Shown: one piece after another, positions 14,643 to 26,756 of the stretch
How positions within the stretch are numbered: position 1 is the stretch's first letter
How the letters are laid out: every line of letters begins with the position of its first letter
Source of the DNA: Eledone cirrhosa
Lineage: Eukaryota
Assembly (NCBI GenBank): GCA_964016885.1
Contig: OZ024740.1
Location: 437,844,001-437,908,000 of the forward strand
DNA length: 64,000 bases
Direction: 5' to 3'
Notes under the pieces: model-generated
What the model was told of the DNA's origin: nothing
Database searches by the model: none
What the model saw: only the letters and a program-made list of their open reading frames with translations
Program-made: the position numbers and the translations under genes

Positions 14643-16504
14643 AATGAAGGAGTTGTGGTAAGGAACCAGATGGACCATAACGCACCAGAGTACTCAATAC
14701 TTAGGGTAGTAGAGTGGGTAATAGGAAAAAGTATGACCCCGACGGCAGAGCTCAAGCCGTTTCGACGACTATTTCTGGACTAAATTAGAATTTTTAGTCT
14801 GGTAAATAAATAGCCGAACTTTTTAAGGGGTACTTCCTTATATGGGAAGATTGTAGTTGTCAAGAGGATTGGTCAAAATTTGTTGTAAACACAAATAAGT
14901 CTATCATGGCAGTGGCTGGGGAGTGGGGGTGGCTGAACTTGCCTGCAGAACAATGAGGGAGTGGGTGGAGCCGGTCAAGCGGTGAAAGTGAAATCTATAT
15001 GGCAAATTCTAAGGATTGTGTATGAAAGTAGGCCAGAGGAGGTAGGCGAAAAAAGGTTTCTGGAGAAAATAGAGGAGGGACGTTATAGAATGGGTAAATC
15101 AATTGAGATTAGGAGACAATAAAAAAATAAGAGAAAGATATACAAAAATAAAAAATTGGATAGTGAGAAGTGATAAAAAACAAAAACTATAGAGTCTAAA
15201 ACAGCTGCTATATTTAGTTGGTGTTGCTTTTTCGGCCAATGCTAGAGAATGAGTTGAGAATAGAAGATACTAAATAAGAATTATTGAAATTGTAGAATTG
15301 GATAGTAAAAAGTAATACAAAATCTCTGGGGTCTAACACAGCTGCTATGATTAGTTAGTATAGAGTATTCGTCCAATGCTATCTTTAAGTTACTGGGGTG
15401 GGGGTACTGAGGCTACAGAGGCCTGATGAGCTGCCTCGGGGTAGCCGAAAGGAAAAAAAAAAACGAACGAGGAAGATCGGTGGTGGAAGGAGGTGATAGG
15501 AGGAGACAAAGGGAAGAGGAAAACATAGAGGAAAAGAAAAGAGGTACATCTACCTATGTAAGCTGGAGTTTCCCCTATCTTATTCGGCAAGTGGGGTGTT
15601 TCAGCCCTTGTCTACACACCCAGATCGTTAGGGGGTTTGAGGGCGAGGTAAGTCTTACGCAATCTGTGTTTGCATGCAGTTACCAGTTCGTCTTTTTTGT
15701 TTAGGAGTTGATCCTTTGTAAACAGCATTTGTAATGTTTCCTCCGAGCATAAGTTACACGGACGGCATCCTCCCATGTAAGAGTTAGCTCTGGACAGTAA
15801 CGTGATCTACCAGTGCAACGTGAGGACGGACACTTCCAACAAAGCTTATATAGGATTAACCGCTTGTGTCTTAAGACCCGGCTCTACCAACACCAACATA
15901 CGTTCCGAAACCCAGTCCGGCAACATGCCACTACACTTTTGGGCTACATCTGGGACCTCCAAGATAACAATATAACCCACAATCTCACTTGGAGCTTACT
16001 GTCCAGAGCTAACTCTTACACAGGAGGACGCCGCAGCTGTTTTAGACTCTATAGTTTTTGTTTTTATCACTTCTCACTATCCAATTTTTTATTTTTGTAT
16101 ATCTTTCTCTTATTTTTTTATTGTCTCCTAATCTCAATTAATTTACCCATTCTATAACGTCCCTCCTCTATTTTCTCCAGAAACCTTTTTTCGCCTACAT
16201 CCTCTGGCCTACTTTCATACACAATCCTTAGAATTTGCCATATAGATTTCACTTTCAACGCTTGACGGCTCCACCCACTCCCTCATTGTTCTACAGTTAA
16301 GTTCAGCCACCCCCACCTCCCAGCCACTGCCATGATAGACTTATTTGTGTTTACAACAAATTTTGACCAATCCAACTTCCCATATAAGGAAGTACCCCTT
16401 GAAAAGTTCGGCTATTTATTTACCAGACTAAAAATTCTAATTTAGTCCAGAAATAGCCGTCGAAACGGCTTGAGCTCTGCCATCGGGGTCATACTTTTTC
16501 CTAT
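14643..16504. mobile_element. Two head-to-head 3' fragments of a Penelope-like element forming an inverted repeat
   Basis: Plus arm from about 15799 encodes GIY-YIG (NVIYQC...AYIGLT, LKTRLYQH). Minus arm encodes CNLCSEE...LLNKKDELVTACKH. 14721-15208 is the reverse complement of 16033-16504. Flanked by (TA)n. Confidence 0.85.
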
Positions 16505-16536
16505 ATATATATATATATATATACAAATATATATCG

Positions 16537-16725
16537 TAGGTACTCTTCAGTCATAAATGACCAAGGTTTTTCATCTAGACAGTTCCCCGCCCCCTCTCCA
16601 TGCCACCAATGTTATCCAAGGGAAAGGCAATGGCCAAGCTTGGCACCAGTGACATTGCAAACCATTTCTAGAGCTGAGTAAACTAGAGCAACATGAAATA
16701 AACAGTCTTGCTCAAGTTACACACT
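16537..16725 (-). mobile_element. SINE fragment (Meta-like core)
   Basis: Minus strand CTTGAGCAAGACTGTTTATTTCATGTTGCTCTAGTTTACTCAGCT resembles the core of the SINE at 17825-18082. Confidence 0.5.
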
Positions 16726-16911
16726 TATAAGGAATATTCAGTCACATACCCTATAATTCAGTTGCTCAAACAATTAAGCACTCATCATCAAAACTAACAT
16801 TAAACTATTCATATCTTTTTGACATTTACATATGTGTATATGCTTGTGCATTTTTCTATGTGTATGTGTGTGTGTTTTTAAATGTATGTGTATGTGTGTA
16901 TATGCAGATGT

Positions 16912-17070
16912 GATGAATTGAATTGGCAGTTGTTAGAACGTCAGATAGAATGCTTTGCACTGTTCATTCTGGTTCTCTGCTCTCTGATATCAAATCCTGC
17001 TGAGGTCAACTTTGCCTTTTATCCTTTGACGGTCAATAAAACAAAGTACCAGTCTAGTACTGGGGTTGAT
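16912..17070 (+). mobile_element. Diverged Nin/Deu-core SINE
   Basis: caaatcctgctgaggtcaactttgccttttatcc...aaagtaccagt matches the 13465-13653 family. Confidence 0.7.
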
Positions 17071-17284
17071 TTTTCCTTTATATCTCTTTCTAACATCCTC
17101 TCTCTCTCTCTCTTTTCTCTAGAAGAAATCACATATGTTCAGACCCAATGCATGATTGGCTAGGCTCCGTGAGGCTTAAAATGCCCAGTTTCACTACAAT
17201 ATCACTACAACTCCATCAGGAGTTTTTGGTTCTTACATACATACATATTTCTCTTTAATTTATATCATAGATAGTATAAAATAC

Positions 17285-17450
17285 CTTTTATTTGGAAGAA
17301 TCGATATGGATCATCCTTTTTAGAGTAAGTATACATTTCTTTCATTTCAATTATATTTGCCTGTTTATTCATTGCATTTCGAAACAAAGTCTTCCAATAA
17401 GGGTACTCTGGTTTATCTTCTTTATATCGATGTGTATGAATTGCCCATTC
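17285..17450 (-). CDS. IRF: IRF coding exon 2 (second half of DNA-binding domain)
   Basis: ttttttaaacag|EWAIHTHRYKEDKPEYPYWKTLFRNAMNKQANIIEMKEMYTYSKKDDPYRFFQIK|gtattt. Contains IRF tryptophans 4 and 5, the recognition helix and the PYR motif. Phase 0 matches the upstream exon. Not in the ORF track. Confidence 0.93.
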
Positions 17451-17824
17451 CTGTTTAAAAAATTAGAGTGTTTCATTCTGAAATAAATAATGTTAAAATA
17501 ACAGCCACCCTAACTTTTCCCAACCTTGGTTGAATAGCAAAAACACTGCAGTGCAAGACAAAATTCTTTACAGTATTTCAGTTTTTTACTTTTCTGAGAT
17601 CATTTCTAGTTTTGATGCAAAACTTTAAATTAATTATAATTTAAGTTACTGCCTCCCATCATAATTTTGTTAAATTATTTTCGAAGCACCAACATAACAA
17701 GGAAATATTGTGCTAAATCTCTGTACATAATCAGTGTATTTCATTAGAAATATGGTGATTAATATTAACTCTTAACGTCCTGTACCACATGAAACCACAT
17801 TAGCAAGACATTCTTGAAAAATAC

Positions 17825-18082
17825 AAAACAGCACTACGACCAAAGACCGGAGACTCATCAGGCCAGAGTTTATCCTGGTTTCCATGGCATAAAGCAATTG
17901 AGAGAACAAGACCCTCCCCTGGACAGGACGCCAGTCCATCACCGGGTCAAAGCTGGTGCTCATTTTCAGCAATGTGAATGAAATATTTTGCTCAAGAACA
18001 CAATACACAATCCAGTCTAAGAATCGAACCCATGACATAATGATCGTAAGTCAAATACCCTTACCACTAATCTATGTGTCCC
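17825..18082 (-). mobile_element. tRNA-derived SINE with Meta/V-like core
   Basis: Head TAGTGGTAAG...GGTTCGATTC, then TGTGTTCTTGAGCAAA and GATGGACTGGCGTCCTGTCCAGGGG. Confidence 0.75.
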
Positions 18083-18380
18083 ATCTCACCTGCAGTATGA
18101 CTGCATCACATTCAAATTGAATGTCTTTAGTTTACTGCTAATTTTCAAAACAATCTGCCCATTAGTAAAGATAATATAAACATTAGAATTAACAGACGTG
18201 TTAATGTATTTTTTGCTAAATGAATACAGGATGATAAAAGATCAGTATTTTATATTCTTAGTAAAAATTTTGCTGAGATGGAATTATTATTTTTTGTTTT
18301 GATGCTTTGATCTGGCAGGGGGGGCTGGTCCCAGAGAAATTGAAAACCCAGTTAAATATATATATACACACACATATACA

Positions 18381-18416
<36 letters not shown>

Positions 18417-18490
18417 TACGTGAAACAATTGTTCTCGGTATGGTGAACTAACTGTTGTGTAACCACTTCTATATATATATATATATATAT

Positions 18491-19179
18491 ATTGGTAAAC
18501 GGAATAGAAAATGCTGACAAATTGTTCACAGTTGAAAAATGGTTTAATTAGGAATAAAAGAGTATTAGTGATTGTATGGGTTAGTATTCAGTTGTGGTTT
18601 TAAGTTTTTAAGTTTTTACCGGTTGCGCATTTCTAAATGCTTTTCAAAAATAATTTTGAGATAGAGTGTCCGTGTTGTTTGCTCTGATCTGATTAGTTTT
18701 GGGAATTCTACCTGTTTTTATGTTAAAAAAGTGGCTCCAGCGTTACTTTGGTTTTGCAAACACCAAATAGCGCTGGAGCCACTTTTTTAACATAAAAACA
18801 GTCTTGGCGCAAAATCAATTTTTTACATTCACATGACCTCTACCGACCAATCAAAATTGTTTTGACCACAAGAATTTTTGCAACACCAAAGTAACGCTGG
18901 AGCCACTTTTTTAACATAAAAACAGGTAGAATTCCCAAAACTAATCAGATCAGAGCAAACAACACGGACACTCTATCTCAAAATTATTTTTGAAAAGCAT
19001 TTAGAAATGCGCAACCGGTAAAAACTTAAAAACTTAAAACCACAACTGAATACTAACCCATACAATCACTAATACTCTTTTATTCCTAATTAAACCATTT
19101 TTCAACTGTGAACAATTTGTCAGCATTTTCTATTCCGTTTACAATATATAATAACTTGTGTGTTACACCTCTATTCTTT

Positions 19180-19183
<4 letters not shown>
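18491..19183. mobile_element. Inverted pair of Penelope pseudo-LTR ends (about 270-bp arms)
   Basis: 18491-18760 is the near-perfect reverse complement of 18876-19147. The same sequence follows the GIY-YIG ORF at 59990-60375. (TA)n on both sides. Confidence 0.85.
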
Positions 19184-19221
<38 letters not shown>

Positions 19222-19336
19222 CATGCTTTTTGTGAGTGTACAAAATACTGTGAGTTTTCATAAGATATATTGTTCTTTCTCTCTCTATGTACATATATCT
19301 TTAAATTTAAATTTTATATATATATACACATATCTA

Positions 19337-19860
19337 TCATCATCATCATTTTATGTCTGCTTTTCCTTGCTAGCAAGGGTGGGACGGGTCCTATTCAGCA
19401 CATCTCTCCATTCGTCACAGTCTTTCGTCATCTCCTCTGTGAGCTTCAGCAATCTGGGGTCAGCTCTCACCACCTCCACCCATGTTTTTCTACTGCGTCT
19501 TCCTTCCACTGGGATTTCTTGGCACCTCTTCACCCAGCAGTCGTCTTTCCTGCGCATCACATGGCCATCCCAACATAGTCTTCTCTCCCACACATTACAG
19601 TTTATTCTTCTTATACAGTTTGACTCTCAACTCACCTATGCTTGGTCGTTCACGCACATTGACATTGCACATCCATCCGAGTATGCTTGCTTTATTTCTC
19701 TCCAGCTGTCGCATATCCTCCACAGTTGCTGCCCATGTCTCACTACCATGTAACATTGTGCATCTCACACAGGTATCATATAACCAACCTTTTGTTCATA
19801 GTAGGAAACCCTTTGTTGTCAACAGAGATGCAGCTCCTTAAACTTCCATCCTGTCCCTAT
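19337..19860 (-). mobile_element. RTE LINE 3' fragment
   Basis: RRLCWDGHVMRRKDDCWVKRC...GRRSRKTW and an (ATG)n tail. Confidence 0.8.
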
Positions 19861-20801
19861 TTGAACAGATTAAATGTTTTAGGACAGAATCTGTTTTCAC
19901 CTTATTTAGGGCTCTTCAGAGATTCTGAAGATCCCTGGACCTGTGCTTAAATATTTAATCTATTCAGATAACAAATATAAACTTACATATATTTAACATA
20001 ATTAAATTCTATTGGGGTAGCCTGTACATATTGGTAAATAGCGAAAGGCGAGAATGGAGAGAGATGAGCTAACCTATCAGGAAGTTGTAGCAGACATCAG
20101 CAAAATATAAGGTTGTAGATTCAAATGTTACATTTATTTGAAATTTTAATTAATTAAGTTAAATTCAAGTTCGTCAAAAACCACAGATAGACCCCTTTTG
20201 AAGATTCCATCCTCGTCTTCAGTGTGGTGCTGTTACTGGTTCATATATAAAATATTGAAATAAGTCCAAGAAGGAACAGAACAGTTGTTTTGTTTTTATT
20301 CTTCCAAGAGTAAATAAAATCGTATTTGTATTTGGAAGTGATTTAGAGAGGAGTCTTAAAAATATTGGATAATGGCGTCCTATATACACTATGTCAAAAT
20401 AGAAGAATGGATGGTCACAGCTGGAATGCTTTTGATTATAGATCTGCTAAATAACTTTCTCCTTTTCTATATATATAGAGAGAAAAACAGTGAGTTCTTC
20501 TAAATATATACACTATCTTTCCTCTTTTTTTCTTCTTTATTTATTTTTGGGGTCTTTTTCTTCTCATCTTCATCTTTCTTCTTTTCATTATCTCCCTCAC
20601 AATTATTCTCTAGAGACTAAGGTGGTAATTTCAAATTTACAGTAAACTAAAGACAGACTTCATTTTTAATGTGATGCAGTCATAATGTTTTTAAGAGTGT
20701 TTTGTTAATGTGGTTTCATATGGTACAGGATGTTGAAAGTGAAATGCTTAGATTGACAAAAATATAAAATATACAAATTCTTCATTTAATATATCAGACC
20801 A

Positions 20802-21197
20802 ATCATCATCATCCTCACTGTTTAACATCCATTTTTAAACACATGGGTTAGATGGATTGCCATGTTGTAAGAGGTCAGGTGACCATATCTAGCTCATACA
20901 GAACTGATTTTGGCTTGGTTTCTACAGCTGGATGCCCTTCCTAATGCCAACCATATTTACAGTGAGTTCTGGGTGATTTTTGTTGTGACACCTACATGAC
21001 CACTTTTACAGGGTGGACTGTGTGCTTTTTGTCGTGACACCTACATGTCCACTCTACAGGGTGGACTGGGTGCTTTTTGTCATGACATCTACATGAACAC
21101 TTTACATTGTGGACTGGGTGTTTATTGTCATGTCACCTACACGACCACTTTATAGTGAGTACTGGGTGCTTTTTGTTGTGACACCTACATGACCACA
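20802..21197 (-). mobile_element. RTE-associated 3' module with internal ~45-bp tandem repeats
   Basis: GTTGGCATTAGGAAGGGCATCCAGC and an (ATG)n tail, as in the 3' ends at 29055-29834 and 49555-50289. About 5 copies of gtgacacctacatgaccacttt...ggactg. Confidence 0.65.
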
Positions 21198-21228
21198 TAA
21201 AAAAATCTTTCAAAATAATATCAATTAC

Positions 21229-21393
21229 CTTGAATATCTGAAAATCCAATTCATTGCCTTGATTAGTTGTGTTCCGTTTCCAAAGAATCTGAAAAGTTCC
21301 CTCTCTTTTATCAGTCCATCTGAGACCTGAAACATTTCCACGGTCAAGTTTCTTCACAAGCCAAGGCAGTAATTTTTCTCTTGAATTTGACAT
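21229..21393 (-). CDS. IRF: IRF coding exon 1 (first half of DNA-binding domain); exon begins at 21413
   Basis: MSNSREKLLPWLVKKLDRGNVSGLRWTDKREGTFQILWKRNTTNQGNELDFQIFK. W11/W26/W38 spacing is identical to IRF1/2. Acceptor ttttgcag ends at 21414 and donor AAG|gtaatt follows FK, an intron position also seen in vertebrate IRF4/8. Confidence 0.93.
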
Positions 21394-21516
21394 TTTTGTT
21401 CTATTGTGGTTCACTGCAAAAATAAATAAATAATGATTCTTAATAATTTCCAGTAGGTTAATTTATCTCACATTTCAAAACATTTCAATCACTAATTTTA
21501 CAAATACAAAAGTGTG

Positions 21517-21824
21517 AAATCTAAGCCAGTGTACATTATAATATGTAGGTAGGTGTCCCACAAATCTAAGTCAGTGTACTTATAATATGTAGGTAGGTGT
21601 CCCACAAATCTAAGTCAGTGTACTTATAATATGTAGGTAGGTGTCCCACAAATCTAAGTCAGTGTACTTATAATATGTAGGTAGGTGTCCCACAAATCTA
21701 AGTCAGTGTACTTATATGTAGGTAGGTGTCCCACAAATCTAAGCCAGTGTACATTATAATATGTAGGTAGGTGTCCCACAAATCTAAGTCAGTGTACTTA
21801 TAATATGTAGGTAGGTATCCCACA
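21517..21824. repeat. 44-bp minisatellite, about 7 copies
   Basis: AAATCTAAGTCAGTGTACTTATAATATGTAGGTAGGTGTCCCAC repeated in tandem. Confidence 0.95.
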
Positions 21825-22869
21825 AAAAAAGTAATATTCTATTTCAAAAACAATGAAAGGTAAAATGAAACTCAGCAAGATTTCAGTTCAGAATGCAACT
21901 AATCCTAAGAAATACTGAGGCATATAATCCGACACTCATACAACACCAGTAGCTGTATAACAGATTAATATATTATTTGATTATCCAATTAACTACTAAA
22001 TGATAAAATTGTTTGCAATAATAGTTGCTACATATAAAAAGGTTTGTTTAATTTTGTATACATTTGATTAAAAAAAATGAAACAAAAAATGAAAAAATAA
22101 ACCAAACAAAAACAAAAGCAAAAAGTACTTGAACACAAATACCTAGTTATTGAAATTAGTGAAACAATAAAAAGATATCTGGTAGATATGATACGTGACT
22201 GGAGAGTTATCAATAGTATTGTATGTTAGATAACCAGCTGAGTAGATTGTAGAACCAGGCAGAGTGTTAAAGAAATAATGAGAGATATGTATAGTTCCTA
22301 GGACACTAATATATCTGTTGATGCAACACATCTGGGGAAACTTTCTACATGATACAGTTAGTGGTTAGTGATAGGAAGGGCATCGAGTCATAGAAAACTT
22401 AGGACTGTTCAGCTGTGTCAAAAACATGACAACTTCTGTAGCGCTGGTGCCATGTTAAAATACATCAGGCAGCACATGGGGTCCTATGTAAGTGGGCTGA
22501 GGACCAGGAGATTGTCAGAGCAGGAAAGTGGGTAGTTTGCAGCAGTAAGATCCTTTCATATGAAGATGGAGAAGTAGGAGAAAGAGGTAGAGAGGACAAA
22601 AAGAAGAGACATGATCACTGCCACCACCACCACCATTTGATGTTCATTTTTCTTCAATGAGGAGGTCTGATAAGAAGGAAACATGTTGGCTACTTTCACA
22701 AGTTGGCTTTCAAGACAACACCCACTTCCATTTTTATCATCTTTATTTCCTAAGTATTTTGATTAGCTAATTTGATTTGAGTTACCCTCTTTGTTTTCGT
22801 TTTTTATATTTTAAACATACCTATAGGGAGTTTTTGTCTATTAATTGCATGGCTATAATTTCTGTTAAT

Positions 22870-24115
22870 CAAAGTTTTTCAACTCACTATATTACAAGTG
22901 AGCATACTGCCATGATTGAGGCTCCTTCTGATGAAGTCAGAGTGGTGTGATGGGGGGAGCTGGCATGACAGGGGGAGCCAGGGCTGACAAGAGAAATTTT
23001 GCAAGGCGGTACAAGACCCCTTAGGGTCCCAAAGCAGGCAAAAATTTTTTCTCAAAATGAATATTTCATGGCTGCTGTGGGGCCTTCTTAACTCTTGGGC
23101 TTTGGAACAAAGTACCGACTGGACCCCCCCCCCCTCATAGGCCCTGGGGGGGAGCTGGCCTGCACTAAGGCGGCAAGATAATGAATGCAGATTGAACTCG
23201 TCAACCAGTGCTCTACAACAGCATCTGTGTGGCTCACACATGCAGAGTTGAGGTGCTGTGCCACTCCAATGTGGGTGCACTCCCCATGAAGAAGGGTACC
23301 AATTGATGAGAATGGCACCAAACTGAGCCAAGCGTGACTGTTTGGTTGTGAAGCAGGGTGTAGGCAGGCAAGATAGTGTTGGTTTGAGAAAGACTCCTGT
23401 AGGTGTACTTGCACTTGACTTCATTCCAGTTACATTGGATATCGGTATACTGGAAACTGGAAAGGTCTTCAGTGATCGGATCAGCCAGAGCTGACTCCAG
23501 TTCCTGAGCCATGTCAGGTTCTGTTATCTTGCAGAGAATCTTGTTAAGTTTGTGGCTGGAGGAGATTGAGGAGAGATAACCTGGCAGAGCCGACCATGTA
23601 TCTGTGGCTGAGGCTGTAGAAACTCTCAGGGAGTTTTGCCTGTTGCCAGCCATTGTAGATAAGTTCCACACAGTATTGGATGACGGCAACGAGTTCAATG
23701 AGTTGATCTAGTAGCAAGGTGACCGCGAAGTGTGAAGTGAAATTTGGGGAGGTGCCAGGAGGAAGAGTGCCAGGTGCATGGCAAGGCACTATCTCTCCAT
23801 CATACCCGTGATGTCTGCATGCTTGGTCTTCAGAGACCCATGCATGTCTTTCAGGAGGATTGGAGAGCTTTGGGGTCAGCAGAACCCCAGTATGGCATCT
23901 TAGAATTCGACTCCGCCTTAGCTCACATTGACGACCTCAGATTTGGCCGGGTTGATCTCCAGTCTAAGTACAGGGATGACTTGCTGGAAGTCCTCACCAA
24001 CAGACTCAGCCTCCCACAGTTCCGTCGCACAAGTACCAAATACTGAAGAGCTAACAGACTGAGTGGATGATGTCATCAACAATCAGCACAAAAAGGAAAA
24101 GGCCGAATGAGCCTT
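22870..24115 (-). mobile_element. CRE-like non-LTR RT remnant
   Basis: Minus strand FGLFLFVLIVDDII...IWYLCDGTVGG resembles the CRE WYLDD region, followed by degenerate downstream domains. Confidence 0.6.
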
Positions 24116-24859
24116 TCAATTATTTTATAATAAAAATTCTACATAGATTAACGTTGTCAATGTATATACATACATTAATCTAGTAAAATGTATATTATAC
24201 ACACATTAATCTAGTAAAATGTATATTATACACACTTTAAGGTAAGACTTGGCAGTATTTTTCGATAATAATTGTTTTTCTTTTTTCATATAAATTGCAT
24301 GCATACTTATGCGGGATAAAAAAGTACTTAATGGCATTTAATATACATAATATTGTGTTTTGTAATTACTGGCGGTGTGATTTAATTTGCGATTCAGTAA
24401 AATACGCAATACTCTTCCATTTTCCGTCATAAATTTGCTTTTATTTTTAATGTACTGATAATGAAAGAATACTTATTAACAGACCATTGACAAGAAAGTC
24501 GAAATTAAGTGACCAACAAGTGGGTAACAACCTACAAATGTATATATTTAAGACGATACAATATGCAAAATGTGACAAAACTAAAAGAAAAAAAATGTAA
24601 GTAGGCCATTAAAAAAATTTATACTGAATAAAGAAAATATTGAATAAAAAATAAAACGAACGTTATACATCAGCAAATTCAACTGACAACAATGTGGAAA
24701 ATTATTTTTGTAGACATACTTAAGTTTTACAAGTTAAGTGAAACGTTAATTTGGAAGTATATGTTTGCTACTGTTGGCGAATAACTGAATATAAAATGCA
24801 TAAATGTATTAATAAATTCACGTCTTCAACATTAAAATATACCTCGCCATCACCTGAGG

Positions 24860-25125
24860 CAACTCTGCCAATGTGATGGCTTGCATCAAAAATCATTAGA
24901 GAGGTTCCCCAGTACTCGCGACGCTGCTGTCTTTTACTCCGTTGTTCACCCCTTCCTTTACATTTTCTTTAATATTGTAGCATTGAAGGAATATATCTTT
25001 CATTGTATTATCCTTTGTAGTGTTACAGGCATTTGTAATGTTATTTATGTATATATTTAAAACATATTTGTTATGTTATTCTACTGTAAATTTATTTATA
25101 TGCTCTGTTTATATTTTCATTCTGA
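24860..25125 (+). mobile_element. CRE-like element 3' end
   Basis: Reverse-complement match to 29990-30280 (aaaatcattagagaggtt...gttcaccccttcctttacatt...). Confidence 0.7.
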
Positions 25126-26119
25126 AGGAACTTATCCACTTGTGTTGATATAAGTGATTTTATGACTTTCCTGTAAGCATTGTATCATTATATATGTTAT
25201 TAAAAACAAATTACATGCAAAAAAAAAAAATATATATACGATAGTTCTCTGTCATACGATAAGAGTCGGTCAGAAAAAAGTATTAATCACCAGATATGTT
25301 AACAATGAAGGGCAGATCTGGCTGTATGAGAGGAAAGGACTATAGAAACTATGAGAACAATCGCTATCTAAAATAATCATTTCCTGCAATAAAAATAGAA
25401 TGTATATAACTATATCATTTAACTTTATAGCACATTTCCAAGTATTTAGTTTCACAAACACCGACACATATGAAGCGGGGGGGGGGGGGGGGGGTCTTCG
25501 AACTATCTAGAAAATGAGGTCAACTATTAATGCTAGCAATTCCCTGGGGAAGTTGATTATATTGAGTCTAGTTCTCTCGGGTCTCGAATAATGGCACACC
25601 CATCTACCCCCGCCAACTTATTAATTTTTTAGATCCCCCACCTCCTCCTTATTAATTTTTGTTACGCTACCTCTGGCTAAATTTTATTTTAATTGATAGC
25701 ATTCCTGCAACAATTAATTTTCTTTAGACATTAAAAAAAGTACATTACAAGAAATCCCACATGTTATAAAATAAATAGGATGGTTCGGCCTCACCAATCG
25801 TGAACCAGGTGAGGCTTCGAGAGCACCCGGGAAGGACACCTGTCTCCTCATAATATTAACAACAAAGGGTTTACAAAAAGAAAATATATTAAGGACAACA
25901 GAGGGCGGAACAATACGGGTTTCTTCGTGTAAAAAGACAAGAAACGATAACAAAAAACTAAAATTAAAAACAACACGGTTTAAACATTGTTATTTACTCA
26001 TTTGTAATGTTATTTATGTATATTTTCGTAGATAGTATAGAAAAATGTAATGTTGATAAACACGAATATAAATACTTTATGGAATTCGCAAATAGGGGGA
26101 GGGGTGTCACCGAAATAAT

Positions 26120-26252
26120 AATTGTTTCTACTTTTGGCACAAGGCCAGCAATCAGCCAGTACATTACTGGTACTTTATTTTATCGACCCCGTAAGGATGA
26201 AAGGCAAAGTTAACCTCGGCGGGATTTGAACTCAGAACGTAAAGGGACGTAA
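26120..26252 (-). mobile_element. Nin/Deu-core SINE, 5' truncated
   Basis: Matches 13465-13600. Confidence 0.8.
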
Positions 26253-26756
26253 TATTGTCTTTATTAGCAACACAGGGCTCACATTAAGGAGACATTAAAG
26301 ACGGTACATGACGATACAGTGTGGAGGGTTTTTTGTATAAAATAAAATTTATAAGAGATAAAGAAGATAAACATAAAAATATATTCGTTGTTAATAAGTT
26401 ATAATGCAAAATTTAGAAAAATTGCCCCTCTCCCATCCACTACCCTCACCCCAATCAGTTCTACATGGTCACTCATCTTGCTAGAAATAGCAGCCATAAC
26501 ATCCTTAAATCACTCATCTATCACCTTAAAAAATAAAATAAAATAAAAAGTAGGACCCGTTAGATAATGTGATGTTGGAAACATGTATAAATAAAAGACA
26601 GGATAGTCACAAATGGAGCGGATTTGATCATAGGTTTGTGTGTGCATGGAACTATATATTTATGTATGTGCGTTTATATGTAAGTTTGTTGTGTATATGT
26701 ATATGTGTATATATATATATATAGAGAGAGAGAGATCAAGTTGAATATAGAAATGG

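Noticed and set aside
15423-15452. Plus-strand CTGATGAG...CGAAA hammerhead
   Set aside because: It is antisense to its PLE, lacks stem III and a cleavage triplet, and the homologous copy near 28335-28365 reads CCAATGG in the core.
19870-19930. Minus-strand NL*RALNK resembling an IRF recognition helix
   Set aside because: It contains a stop, lacks flanking tryptophans and splice sites, and the true exon is at 17285-17450.
21133-21228. C-terminal part of ORF 21133-21414 as IRF coding sequence
   Set aside because: It is read-through past the donor at 21228 into intron and repeat sequence. The domain continues at 17450.
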